A stretch of 64,000 nt of DNA from an uncultured Helicobacteraceae bacterium (lineage in GTDB: Bacteria; Campylobacterota; Campylobacteria; Campylobacterales; Sulfurimonadaceae), in NCBI GenBank assembly GCA_963772795.1, contig CAVYYS010000007.1:953350-1017349 (forward strand). Direction: 5' to 3'. Positions 23,209-33,222 of this stretch are shown one piece after another (position 1 is the stretch's first letter; every line of letters begins with the position of its first letter). Position numbers and translations under genes: made by a program. The notes beneath the pieces are model-generated. The model saw only the letters and a program-made list of their open reading frames with translations, had not been told where the DNA came from and searched no databases.

Positions 23209-24740
23209 TATTTTTAGCATCACCGTTCTTATGGGCGCTCGTACCGCTTCTTTTTGTGATGTTTTCAGGAGGGCCTAAACGGCTCGTACCGCTTTTGCGT
23301 CAGCACATATGGCTGATTCTTTCGATATTGTTCATCATCATCGCCCTGGCCCGTCCGGCACTGGAGCAGGAGCCTATCGATGTTGAAGAGCGCGGCAGCG
23401 ATATCATCATCGCGCTGGACCTCTCTTACTCAATGCATGCTGACGATGTCAAGCCGACGCGTCTGGATGCAGCTAAGACCATACTCAAAGGGCTGATAGA
23501 GAGTGGTAGCAAGAACCGGTACGGGATTATCGGTTATACCACCAATGCGATCATTCTTTCGCCGCTGAGCAGTGACAGGGAGCTGCTGCTGCATCTCTTT
23601 GCCGGTTTGGACGACAATCTGATCATGACAAGGGGGACAGTGCTGATGCCGGCTCTCAAACTGGCTAGGAAGATGTCTAAAAGCAAAAAGGTGATTGTCG
23701 TGCTGCTGAGTGACGGGGGCGATGCACTCAATTACAATAGCGAGGCCGCTTTTGCCAGGGAGCACGGCCTAATTGTCAATGTGCTTCTTTTGGGTACACC
23801 AAGCGGCAGTACGCTCAAAGACAGAAACGGTAAGATCATCAAAGATACATCGGGACACATCGTTGTCACATCGCGCAATGATGCGATCGAAACAGTGGCA
23901 AAGGCAACCGGCGGCAGGGTCACAGAGAACCTCTCTGCTCTTCAAAGTGCCATTGCGTCTGAGGAGCAGGAAGATTTTACCTCCAATACCAAATTGATGC
24001 AGTACAACGAGCTTTTTTACTATTTTGCGGCTTTGGCGCTGCTCTTTGCGATGTTGGCTTTTACCTTCCTGGGAAAGAGCATCTCAAAGGGGCTGCTCGC
24101 GCTGCTGCTGCTTGTGGGTATCAATGCGCAGGCTTCGGTTTTGGACGGTTACTATTTTGCGGCCGCAAAAAAGGATTATACTAAAGAAAACTATCTGGAT
24201 GCGGCAGAGCTCTTTTCACACATCGACAGTGATACGGCACGTTATAATGCGGCATCGAGTTATTACAAAGCGGGCAAGTATGAAAAGGCACTCAACCTCT
24301 ACATGAGCATACGTTCAAGCGACCCGGTTGCAAAAGCGGCGCTCTATTACAACATGGGCAACTGCTATATCCGTCTTAAAGAGTTTGCCAAGGCGAGGGA
24401 GATGTTTATCAAATCTTTGAGTCTGCATTATGACAGAGAGGCCGATGAGAACCTGGCCTATATCGCCAAGGCCGAAGAGCAGGACCATATGCTTACCGGC
24501 CGGCAAGAGGGTAAAAAGCGGGCTCAGGATGCACAAAGCGACAGTAACCCTGAGAGTGGCAAGAAAAAAGAGGGCGGCGGTTCGAACCAGCAGAGTGATG
24601 CAGACGCGTCAAAAGGTGCCGGAGGCAAAAAGATGCAAGGCGAAGAGCGTATCTCATTTTCAGGCGCGAAATCGAGGCTTTCATCCAAACAGTATGAACT
24701 GATCAATCAAAGGAGCGTGCGTGAGACAAAACCGTGGTAG
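23205..24740 (+). CDS. BatB/BatC-like vWA+TPR protein (copy 1)
   Basis: DLSYSM, PTRL, LLSDG, TPR (YNAAS, YYNMGN), low-complexity tail, ends KPW. Confidence 0.88.
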   Translation: MIFLASPFLWALVPLLFVMFSGGPKRLVPLLRQHIWLILSILFIIIALARPALEQEPIDVEERGSDIIIALDLSYSMHADDVKPTRLDAAKTILKGLIESGSKNRYGIIGYTTNAIILSPLSSDRELLLHLFAGLDDNLIMTRGTVLMPALKLARKMSKSKKVIVVLLSDGGDALNYNSEAAFAREHGLIVNVLLLGTPSGSTLKDRNGKIIKDTSGHIVVTSRNDAIETVAKATGGRVTENLSALQSAIASEEQEDFTSNTKLMQYNELFYYFAALALLFAMLAFTFLGKSISKGLLALLLLVGINAQASVLDGYYFAAAKKDYTKENYLDAAELFSHIDSDTARYNAASSYYKAGKYEKALNLYMSIRSSDPVAKAALYYNMGNCYIRLKEFAKAREMFIKSLSLHYDREADENLAYIAKAEEQDHMLTGRQEGKKRAQDAQSDSNPESGKKKEGGGSNQQSDADASKGAGGKKMQGEERISFSGAKSRLSSKQYELINQRSVRETKPW

Positions 24741-25875
24741 TGTGTGGGGCACGATCTTCCTCTTTGTTGCCACTCTGGTATACGGCGGAGAACCCTATAG
24801 CTGGAGCCTGAAAACGAACAAAAGCAGTGTTTATGTCAATGAAGCGGTGGAGGTGGAGTACACCTGCAACTTTGAGGACAAAGCGTTCCTGTACGTGATA
24901 GAGTTTAATCCGGAGGGCGAGAGCGACGCGTACCGTATGCTCCCTTTGGGTGAAGTTGAGACCATCAAAGCGTCAAAGCGAAGCAACACGTACCGTTATG
25001 TGCTTTTTCCAAAAAAAGCGGGGCATAAAGCGTTCCATTTCAAGGCATTGATGCGAAAGACAACGAAGGCTTCGATCGAGAACTCCGTCATTGGCCGAGA
25101 CAATGTGGAAGGTTATGCCTTTACTGATAAAGAGGCAATACTGCCTGACGTTATTCTGGATGTTCTGGACCACAAAGAGAAGATGACAGGGCGATTTGTC
25201 CTCAGTGCCACACTCGATAAAAATGCGGTCAAGGCATATGAACCGGTACATCTTGACGTAAAAGTAGAAGGCGAGGGCGATTTTGATCAGATGAAGGATT
25301 TCGATCTGCACATTGACGGGGTCAAGATCTTCAGCGAACCGGGCGAAAAACACTACCGGCTTACCAAAGACGGTTTTAAAGGGGAGTGGGAGCAGAAATT
25401 CTCACTTGTCGCCGAAAAAAGTTTCACGATCAAGCCCCTGGAACTGCGTTATTTTGATATTGATAAAAAAGAGCGTATGGTGCTTCGTTCAAATGCCTTT
25501 GATGTGGCTGTCAAAGAGGGATACAAAAGAGAAGAGCTGCTTGACAAGCCGGAAGTTAAAAGAAGTTCCGACTGGTGGTCCAGCTCTTACCTCTATTATC
25601 TTATTATCTTTATATTCGGGGTAATCGTCGGACGGTTTATAGCGCAATTCCAACGGGTGCACAAAGAGCCGCAGGGCTTTGAAGCGGAGATTGAAGCCTG
25701 CACTTCGGTCAAAAGTCTCTTGACCAAGCTGGTGATAAGCGGTGATCTTCGCTATCGGGAGATAATTCAAAAGTATGAGAAGATGGGTGAAACAGCCTCA
25801 CTGCGTGAATTGAAAAAAGAGCTCAGGGCACTTTCAAAAAATCAGTCTCATCACGATACAATAACTAAATTCTAA
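24721..25875 (+). CDS. BatD-like protein (copy 1)
   Basis: Signal peptide, beta-rich domains (VYVNEAV..Y, EPVHLDVKVEGEG), C-terminal TM. Confidence 0.8.
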   Translation: MRQNRGSVWGTIFLFVATLVYGGEPYSWSLKTNKSSVYVNEAVEVEYTCNFEDKAFLYVIEFNPEGESDAYRMLPLGEVETIKASKRSNTYRYVLFPKKAGHKAFHFKALMRKTTKASIENSVIGRDNVEGYAFTDKEAILPDVILDVLDHKEKMTGRFVLSATLDKNAVKAYEPVHLDVKVEGEGDFDQMKDFDLHIDGVKIFSEPGEKHYRLTKDGFKGEWEQKFSLVAEKSFTIKPLELRYFDIDKKERMVLRSNAFDVAVKEGYKREELLDKPEVKRSSDWWSSSYLYYLIIFIFGVIVGRFIAQFQRVHKEPQGFEAEIEACTSVKSLLTKLVISGDLRYREIIQKYEKMGETASLRELKKELRALSKNQSHHDTITKF

Positions 25876-25884
25876 AGGGCAGAG

Positions 25885-26832
25885 ATGATGAACAAAATAG
25901 AAGCAATAAAACGTGAGGTTGCCAAGGTTGTTGTCGGTCAGGAGAAGATGATCGACGGTCTGCTGATCGGTCTGCTTTGCGAGGGACATATTCTGATCGA
26001 GGGAATTCCGGGTCTGGCCAAGACCACGACCGTCAATGCTCTTGCAAAGAGCCTTGGACTCGGGTTTAAACGGGTACAGTTCACACCGGACCTGCTCCCG
26101 TCTGACATTCTGGGTGCCGAGGTCTATGACCCGCAGCATAATGCTTTTAAGATCAAACACGGCCCTGTTTTTACCAACCTCCTGCTGGCCGACGAGATCA
26201 ACCGTGCGCCGGCGAAGGTACAGTCGGCCCTTCTGGAGGTGATGCAGGAGCGTCAGGTCACGATCGGCGAAGAGAGTTTTGCCCTGGATCTGCCTTTCTT
26301 TGTCATGGCGACACAGAACCCGGTAGAACAGGAGGGCGTTTATCAGCTTCCCGAAGCGCAGTTGGACCGTTTTATGTTCAAACTGGTGGTCGGCTACAAC
26401 ACCAAAGAGGAGGAGCTTGAGATCGCGCGCCGCATCTCCGGCGGCGTGAGCCAAAAGATCGAAGCCGTTGTCAACAAAGAGGAACTCGCCGCTATGAAGG
26501 CGCATGTCAAGACGATCCATATCGACCCGGAAGTCGAGCACTACATGATCGAGCTGGTTGCGGCAACGCGTGATCCGGCGGCCTACGGTCTTGAAGAGAT
26601 CGCGGAGTATATCCAGTTCGGCGCCAGCCCCCGCGTGAGCATCGATATGTTCAAGACGGTCAGAGCGATGGCCTTTCTGCGCGGCAAGGATTTTGTGACG
26701 CCCGTGGATGTGGCCTATGTGGCGAAAGAGCTTATGCGCCACCGTATCGTGCTCTCCTATGAGGCCGAGGCGGAAGGCGTTACGACCGACGATCTGATCG
26801 CCAAGATCCTGATGGCGGTGCCGATTCCTTAG
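25885..26832 (+). CDS. moxR: MoxR family AAA+ ATPase
   Basis: EGIPGLAKT, RVQFTPDLLPSD, LADEINRAPAKVQSALLE, ATQNP, LPEAQLDRF. Confidence 0.96.
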   Translation: MMNKIEAIKREVAKVVVGQEKMIDGLLIGLLCEGHILIEGIPGLAKTTTVNALAKSLGLGFKRVQFTPDLLPSDILGAEVYDPQHNAFKIKHGPVFTNLLLADEINRAPAKVQSALLEVMQERQVTIGEESFALDLPFFVMATQNPVEQEGVYQLPEAQLDRFMFKLVVGYNTKEEELEIARRISGGVSQKIEAVVNKEELAAMKAHVKTIHIDPEVEHYMIELVAATRDPAAYGLEEIAEYIQFGASPRVSIDMFKTVRAMAFLRGKDFVTPVDVAYVAKELMRHRIVLSYEAEAEGVTTDDLIAKILMAVPIP

Positions 26833-26841
26833 GAGGTTTTC

Positions 26842-27675
26842 GTGTCAAAACTTAATAAGATCCTTGTCAAAGCCCGCCGTCAGGTCTTCAGCGAGATGAT
26901 CGGCAACAACCCCTCCATCTTTCACGGCGAGGGGTACGATTTCATCGAACTTCGCGAGTATATGCCCGGCGATGACATCCGTCACATCGACTGGAACATC
27001 ACGGCGAAGATGCAGGTGCCCTATATCAAGATCTTCAGAGAAGAGCGGGAGCTCAATATCGTCATCGCGTCCATGCTCAACGGAAGTGTCCATTTCGGCG
27101 CCAGCAAGTTCAAACAGGAGCTTATTGCCGAGATCGTCGCCAACCTCTCCTATGCGATCCTGCATAACGGCGATCTTCTGAGTACCCACATCTATGCCGA
27201 CAGGCTTTACAGTGAGACAAAGCCGACAAAAAAGATCTCATCCATTACGAAAAGCGTAGATGAAATCCTGAAGTTTGACCCGATCAACAAGGTGGCTGAT
27301 TACCGTCTGCTCGCAGAGACGCTCTACAAGAGAACACGCAGACGCTCGCTTATAATGATCGTGGCCGACTTTTTCGATCTGCCGGATTTTAGACTTTTGG
27401 CCAAAAAACATGAAGTGGTTGCCGTAATCGTGCGTGATCGGCTTGAGGAGAAACCTCCTGTGATGGGTTTCGCTTCGCTTCGTGATCCGGAGACCGGGGC
27501 ACAGCTCGAGGGCGATTACTCGCAAAAGAGCGTTGACGCCTATGCAAAAAAGGTGCATGTCCATGACAGAGAGCTTTACAGTCTGTTCCGAAAAGAGGGG
27601 GTGCGTTTTACCAAGGTCTATACCGATGAGAACAGTGCTATTGCCCTCAGACGTCTTTTTGAAGGGCGCATATGA
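26842..27675 (+). CDS. DUF58 domain protein
   Basis: GYDFIELREYMPGDDIRHIDWNITA, FREERE. Confidence 0.93.
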   Translation: MSKLNKILVKARRQVFSEMIGNNPSIFHGEGYDFIELREYMPGDDIRHIDWNITAKMQVPYIKIFREERELNIVIASMLNGSVHFGASKFKQELIAEIVANLSYAILHNGDLLSTHIYADRLYSETKPTKKISSITKSVDEILKFDPINKVADYRLLAETLYKRTRRRSLIMIVADFFDLPDFRLLAKKHEVVAVIVRDRLEEKPPVMGFASLRDPETGAQLEGDYSQKSVDAYAKKVHVHDRELYSLFRKEGVRFTKVYTDENSAIALRRLFEGRI

Positions 27676-28076
27676 ATCCAAGCGCATATGATATCCCGCT
27701 TCACGACATAAAGCCGTTGATGGAGGTGCCGGACAGTTCGTTCATTCTTTTCAGTGTGATTCTCAGCATCGTCGTGGTCCTGCTTATCGGAGCTCTTTTC
27801 CTGCTCTACCGGTTTTTCAGAAACCGTCGAACGGTCAACCTGAGAAAGCTTCATTATGCGGCACTTGAGGCAATTGACTTTTCCGATCCTAAAAAAGCGG
27901 CCTATGCTATCACCGATCATGGACGCATCTTTGCCGATGATTCCGAGCGTCTAAGAGAAGCCTACAGCAATCTTGTCATGCGTCTCGATCGGTACAAATA
28001 CAAGAAATTGGTCGAGAGGATCGATGACGAGAGCAGGAGTTACTACAAGATATATCTTGGAATGATCGATGTTTGA
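27672..28076 (+). CDS. DUF4381-like membrane protein of MoxR/Bat operon
   Basis: LHDIKPL followed by a single TM helix; position after DUF58. Confidence 0.75.
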   Translation: MNPSAYDIPLHDIKPLMEVPDSSFILFSVILSIVVVLLIGALFLLYRFFRNRRTVNLRKLHYAALEAIDFSDPKKAAYAITDHGRIFADDSERLREAYSNLVMRLDRYKYKKLVERIDDESRSYYKIYLGMIDV

Positions 28077-28995
28077 AGGGCTCTATTTCGAGTATCCCAA
28101 AGCCTTGAGTCTGATCTTTGTCTTTATCGCCTGCGAAGCCTACTGCAAGCTCCGCTCTTCTGCGATCTATTTCCCCCATACGGCAGCTTTGACACATGAG
28201 ACGGCAAAGGTCTCGACACTGATGTGGATCCTGAAATGGCTGAGCATTGTGCTGCTGTCGCTCGCCTTCATGTCCCCTGTCAAGGATTCTGTCTTGGAGC
28301 TTGCCCCCGGTGAAGGTTACGATATTGCTCTGGTTATGGATGCGAGCCGATCGATGCGCGCAAAGGGCTTTGTCGGGGGTGAGCCTGAAACGAGCCGGTT
28401 TGACGCGGTCAAAACGATCGTCAATGGTTTTATCGCTTCACGCAGGGACGATAATCTCGGTCTGGTACTCTTCGGGGACTACGCCTTTATCGCTTCGCCG
28501 TTGACGTATGACAAGAAGATCCTGCAGCAGATCGTGTCCCATCTGGAACTCGGCATGGCCGGAAAATCTACCGCCCTGTATGACGCGATCGCCCAATCGG
28601 TCAATCTTCTGAGCCGGGCAAAGGGTGAAAGCCGAATCGCGATAGTTCTCAGTGACGGGCATAACACCTCCGGTTCAAAGATGCCGCTGCAGGCGGTGAT
28701 GGAACTGGCCAAAAAAGAGGGCGTGAAATTCTATACGATCGGTATCGGCGGCGAGGGGGAGTATGACAGGGCACTGCTCTCATATATCGCCAAAGAGAGC
28801 GGCGGAGAGAGCTTCAGCGCTGCAAGCAGTCAGGCGCTTCAAAAGGTCTATGCCGCGATCGATACGCTGGAAAAATCAAAAATAGAACGCTTTGACTACA
28901 CCTTCAAAGAGTACTACTACATCTACCCCCTCTTTCTTGCCTTTTTTACCCTGCTGCTCTACGTCTATCTTCGCAATAAAAGAGGGTGGCTTTGA
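28069..28995 (+). CDS. BatA-like vWA domain protein (copy 2)
   Basis: DASRSM, TALYDAI, VLSDG, KFYTIGIG. Confidence 0.9.
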   Translation: MFEGLYFEYPKALSLIFVFIACEAYCKLRSSAIYFPHTAALTHETAKVSTLMWILKWLSIVLLSLAFMSPVKDSVLELAPGEGYDIALVMDASRSMRAKGFVGGEPETSRFDAVKTIVNGFIASRRDDNLGLVLFGDYAFIASPLTYDKKILQQIVSHLELGMAGKSTALYDAIAQSVNLLSRAKGESRIAIVLSDGHNTSGSKMPLQAVMELAKKEGVKFYTIGIGGEGEYDRALLSYIAKESGGESFSAASSQALQKVYAAIDTLEKSKIERFDYTFKEYYYIYPLFLAFFTLLLYVYLRNKRGWL

Positions 28996-30635
28996 GTTTT
29001 CTACACCCCGAGTTTATCTATTTGATGCTGCCGCTGCTCATCGTTCTGTTTGCACTGCTGCTGACACAAAGGGAGGTACAGGAGCAATTCTTCTCATCCA
29101 GGGTCCTGACAAAACTGCGCGTCGACACCAAAAGACTCTCTTCTCGGGTGCGAAATCTCTTCTTCTTTTTGATGTTTGTCTTTATTATCCTGGCTCTGGC
29201 CGCTCCAGTTATTGAGAAGGGCGAAGCCAGGGTCAAGGTAAAAGGAAATCTCTTTTTCGTCGCACTTGATCTCAGCGATTCAATGCGCTGCAAAGATGTC
29301 TATCCCAGCCGTCTGCAGGAAGCAAAGCAGAAACTCCTGGCCTTGCTGAACCAAGACAGAAACGACCGGATCGGGCTGATCGCCTTTGCCGAAAGCAGCT
29401 ACCTTGTCGCGCCGCCGACCATGGACCATGCGCTGCTTGCATTTTTGCTCAAACCGATGGCAAGCACCCATATCACCGAACAGGGAACCAATATTTTTAC
29501 CCTGCTCAAGGCGGCCGATCAGCTCCTGGCAGAGGAGGCGGAGAAAAAACTGCTGATCATCAGCGACGGCGGCGACAGCCGTGACTTTGCCAAAGAGATC
29601 GCCTTTGCGAGGAAAAAAGGTATCAAGGTCTCGATCCTCGGCATCGGGACAGATGCTGGCGGCGTGGTCTATAACGAAAGCGGCGCACCGGTCAAGGCGC
29701 GGGGGGCAAACGTCGTCAGCCGGTTCAACAGCGAGTTCCCCCGTTTGGCGACAGAGAGCGGCGGTGTGTCCGTACGCTCAGGCAGCGGCGATATCGCAGA
29801 ACTCCTGGCGTCAATTGGGACGCAAAAGAGCGAAACTGAGGTCGAAAAGATCTATTTTCACTTCTTTGTCGTCCCGATCGCTCTGGCGATGTTGATGCTG
29901 CTGATCGCAACAAGCTCTTTTCACCGGGGCGAAAAATATTATCTTCCGGCGTTCATTACGGCTATTCTGATACTGGCGCAGCCGGCGGTTTTAAGAGCGG
30001 AGATTTTCGGATTCAGAACCCTGGATAAAGCAAGAACGGCGTATGAAAGCGGTGATTACCGCGCAAGCAGCAGCGCGTACAAACGCTACGCGCTGCAGGA
30101 CAACAGTGCAGAAGCACTCTACAATGCCGCCAACAGTTACTACCGCATGGGCAGGTTTGCGACGGCGGCACGGCTTTATCGATCGGTTGAGTTTGCGGAA
30201 GACGAAAAGAACCATCAGCTCTATCACAACCTTGGCAATGCGTTGGCAAAGCTTGGCGACAGACAGAATCTTGTTGAGGCGGTCCAAGCCTATAAAAAGG
30301 CACTGAAATTCAGAGAAGACAGCGAGAGCCGGGAAAACCTGGAGAGGGTTGAAAAAGCACTGCAAACGGAAAACGAAGATCAAAAAAGAGCATCGCAACA
30401 GCCGGCCTCAGCTGCCTCGATCTACTCTAAAACGAGCAGTGCGGCGGCTTCAAACAGTAAGGGCAGTAGCAGGGATGCCCGGCCGCTGTCGCAACAGCAG
30501 TCTGACAGCCGAGGCATGAGCGACAGGGAGGCGGAGAAATGGCTCAAGATGCTGGCGGCACAGCAGAGCGTCCAAAAATATAAGATCAAGGTTGATGACC
30601 CAAATGAAGGTGCAAATGATGAAAAGCCCTGGTAG
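28992..30635 (+). CDS. BatB/BatC-like vWA+TPR protein (copy 2)
   Basis: DLSDSM, PSRL, ISDGGD, TPR (YNAAN, HNLGN), ends KPW; TTG start overlaps the upstream stop. Confidence 0.88.
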   Translation: MSFLHPEFIYLMLPLLIVLFALLLTQREVQEQFFSSRVLTKLRVDTKRLSSRVRNLFFFLMFVFIILALAAPVIEKGEARVKVKGNLFFVALDLSDSMRCKDVYPSRLQEAKQKLLALLNQDRNDRIGLIAFAESSYLVAPPTMDHALLAFLLKPMASTHITEQGTNIFTLLKAADQLLAEEAEKKLLIISDGGDSRDFAKEIAFARKKGIKVSILGIGTDAGGVVYNESGAPVKARGANVVSRFNSEFPRLATESGGVSVRSGSGDIAELLASIGTQKSETEVEKIYFHFFVVPIALAMLMLLIATSSFHRGEKYYLPAFITAILILAQPAVLRAEIFGFRTLDKARTAYESGDYRASSSAYKRYALQDNSAEALYNAANSYYRMGRFATAARLYRSVEFAEDEKNHQLYHNLGNALAKLGDRQNLVEAVQAYKKALKFREDSESRENLERVEKALQTENEDQKRASQQPASAASIYSKTSSAAASNSKGSSRDARPLSQQQSDSRGMSDREAEKWLKMLAAQQSVQKYKIKVDDPNEGANDEKPW

Positions 30636-32031
30636 TCTTATCCTTTTATGGCTGCTCAGCGCCGCAGTGCATGCCAGTGTGACGGCAAGCCTGGATAGAA
30701 GCCTCATTAAAAAGGGCGAAACGGTCACACTGATGGTACGGGTTGAAGGCAAAAAGATCATGATGCCCCCGATCAGCAGCGTGTGCGGTGTCAGGGTCGA
30801 ATCGTTTGACCACCGAACGGTGCTCGATAGCGGTAAAGGGGCGTTTCAAAAAGCGGAGATCTACAGTTTCGGGTTCCGGCCGAGTGCGGACTGTGTGATC
30901 GAACCGATTGCCGTCGAAGTGGACGGAACCGAGAGCTATTCGCAGCCTTTGCGGCTAAAAGTGTACACGTGGCTTGCAAAAAGGGATACGGGCATTACCG
31001 TAAGACTTCGCAGTTCCAAAAAAGAGCTCTATGTCGGCGAGCCGTTTGAACTTGAGCTTATCGTCAAAAAACCGGAGACGGAAAAAATGGTTGTTTCGGC
31101 AGCTGCGCCGGAGATGGAGCATATTTGGGTAAAAAAAATCTTTAAAACGGCCGATACGAAAGAGAGCGGCTATAGTATTGCCATGACCCGCTATCTCCTT
31201 GCCGCGCAGCAGGCAGGCAGCTTGTCTATCTATCCGGTCGAAGTAAAGGTCGCATCCGGGCATCAAAGCGTTGATGCCTGGGGAAATGCGAGGCAGGAGA
31301 GAGCATGGGAGAGCTACTACTCCAATGCCTTGGAGCTGAAGGTGAAGACCCTGCCTGAAAATGTAGATCTGGTGGGCGAATTCGTTCTCAAGATGGCGGT
31401 AGATAAAAAAGAGGTCAAAGCAAAAGAGCCGCTGACGGCCGAGCTCACTGTTAGCGGCACGGGAAATTTTGAGGATATTCCTGTGTTAAAACCTGCTGTC
31501 AGCGGGGTGGAGCTGTTCGCCGGGGAGCCGATACTTGAGATGAGCGGCGAGGGGATGAAAGAGCAGTGGCATCAAAAATTCACCTTTGTCGGTGAGCGCA
31601 GCTTTACAATCCCTCCGGTCATCCTGGATTATTTTGATCTTAAAGAGGGACGGGTGAAAAAGGTACAGACGCAGCCCATAGCTGTCCATGTGACAGGATC
31701 AAACAGTAAAACTGCTCCAATCGAAAACAGAGCCGTGCAACAAAATAAAGGATTGACAATGGGATGGACGGTAATGATCTACCTGTTGGGTCTATTCAGT
31801 GCGGTTGTGTTCTTTATGCTGCCCTGGAGACGATGGCTGGAAAAGGGACTCAAACCGCAACAGACCCATGACAGTGATGACAGGCGCGCTTTGATGCTCT
31901 TGCTTATGCACAGGAAGAAGCCTGATGTCCAAGCGATGATAGAGAAGCTGGAAGCGCGTCTTTACGGGGAGAGAGAGGTAATGATCGATAAAAAAGAGCT
32001 GAAAAAAATGCTAAAGAGATATCAAGGCTAG
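30616..32031 (+). CDS. BatD-like protein (copy 2)
   Basis: VTASLDRS..GETVTL, ELYVGEPF, EPLTAELTVSGTGN, C-terminal TM. Confidence 0.85.
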   Translation: MMKSPGSLILLWLLSAAVHASVTASLDRSLIKKGETVTLMVRVEGKKIMMPPISSVCGVRVESFDHRTVLDSGKGAFQKAEIYSFGFRPSADCVIEPIAVEVDGTESYSQPLRLKVYTWLAKRDTGITVRLRSSKKELYVGEPFELELIVKKPETEKMVVSAAAPEMEHIWVKKIFKTADTKESGYSIAMTRYLLAAQQAGSLSIYPVEVKVASGHQSVDAWGNARQERAWESYYSNALELKVKTLPENVDLVGEFVLKMAVDKKEVKAKEPLTAELTVSGTGNFEDIPVLKPAVSGVELFAGEPILEMSGEGMKEQWHQKFTFVGERSFTIPPVILDYFDLKEGRVKKVQTQPIAVHVTGSNSKTAPIENRAVQQNKGLTMGWTVMIYLLGLFSAVVFFMLPWRRWLEKGLKPQQTHDSDDRRALMLLLMHRKKPDVQAMIEKLEARLYGEREVMIDKKELKKMLKRYQG

Positions 32032-32861
32032 GAGAAGATCTCTTCGAGCTGATTGGCATTGAGCATCTTATTGCGCACCTCTTGCCACTCACTGTTCTTG
32101 ATCTCTTTTTTGATGGTGTCCAGTTCACGCTGAAAGACATCGATCGCATCAAGGAGATTCTCCCTGTTCTGTTTAAAGATATCTTCCCACATGTCCGGCG
32201 ATGATTTGGCAAGGCGGCTCATGGAGCGGAACCCCCCGGCCGCCAGGGCGAGAATGTTGTAGCGATCTTCCTGGGCGAGAACCGAGTTGGCGATAGAGTA
32301 GGAGATGACGTGGGGCATATGGCTGATAAAAGCGGCATGTCGGTCATGTTCGTGGGCGTGCATGTAGCTCAGACGCATATGGATACCGGAGAAGATACGA
32401 ACGGCTGTCTCCTGCTGCAAGGTGCCTGACTCTTCCAGGTCGCAGAGTACGACCACTTTGTCATTATAAAGGCCGTGCAGCGCAGCGCTCGGGCCATGGT
32501 GCTCCGTTCCTGTCATCGGGTGGGCTGCAACAAAGTTTTTGCGGATGGACGGCGGGACCGCTTTGAGAATGGCCTCCTTGGTACTGCCGAGATCGATGAT
32601 GGTCGTCGTCTCGGAGATCTTGCCCTCAAAGGAGCGCAGACTATTGATAATACCATTGACAGGAATGGCCAGGACGATCAGATCAAGCGTGCAGAGCTCC
32701 TCCAGATCGATGATCTTCTCAACCAGATTAAGCCGGAGCGCCTCTTTTTGGTGCTCTTCATTATGATCAAGGCCGTAGATGTTGGAGACAAAAGAGAGTT
32801 TACGCAGACTAAGTGCAAGCGAACCGCCCATCAACCCTAATCCGACAATACCTATTTTCAT
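32028..32861 (-). CDS. tyrA: prephenate dehydrogenase
   Basis: GIVGLGLMGGS, DLGSTK, HPMTGTE, HDRHAAFISHMPH. Confidence 0.95.
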   Translation of the reverse strand: MKIGIVGLGLMGGSLALSLRKLSFVSNIYGLDHNEEHQKEALRLNLVEKIIDLEELCTLDLIVLAIPVNGIINSLRSFEGKISETTTIIDLGSTKEAILKAVPPSIRKNFVAAHPMTGTEHHGPSAALHGLYNDKVVVLCDLEESGTLQQETAVRIFSGIHMRLSYMHAHEHDRHAAFISHMPHVISYSIANSVLAQEDRYNILALAAGGFRSMSRLAKSSPDMWEDIFKQNRENLLDAIDVFQRELDTIKKEIKNSEWQEVRNKMLNANQLEEIFS

Positions 32862-33222
32862 TGTAAACCTTTATTTATGGGTGCGCTATAACGTGATCAA
32901 GCTGTGAATATTGTCAATGACTTACTATCCTAAAAAAATATGGCAAGCGTAACAGGAACACGTAGGAGCTGCGTTGAACAAACCGACACAAACCCCCTCT
33001 ATTAGAGAACTTGATGCTACATTGTCAAAGGAACTGTCTGTCAGGCGTGTCAACTTTTACAGTTTGTGTAATGATATCTCTTAATATGTTAGAAATCCTT
33101 GATATTTACCCAGCATTAATGCTTCTATTGTTAAAATCTCAGCCTAAATTACGATAGTAGTGTTTCTAAAAAGCAGTGGTGATCAAGACAAAGTTTTTTA
33201 AAGATACTGACGAAAGATACGG

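Noticed and set aside
32862-33222. 360-bp gap between divergent tyrA and bamA
   Set aside because: No convincing ORF, repeat or stable fold seen by eye; compatible with divergent promoters.
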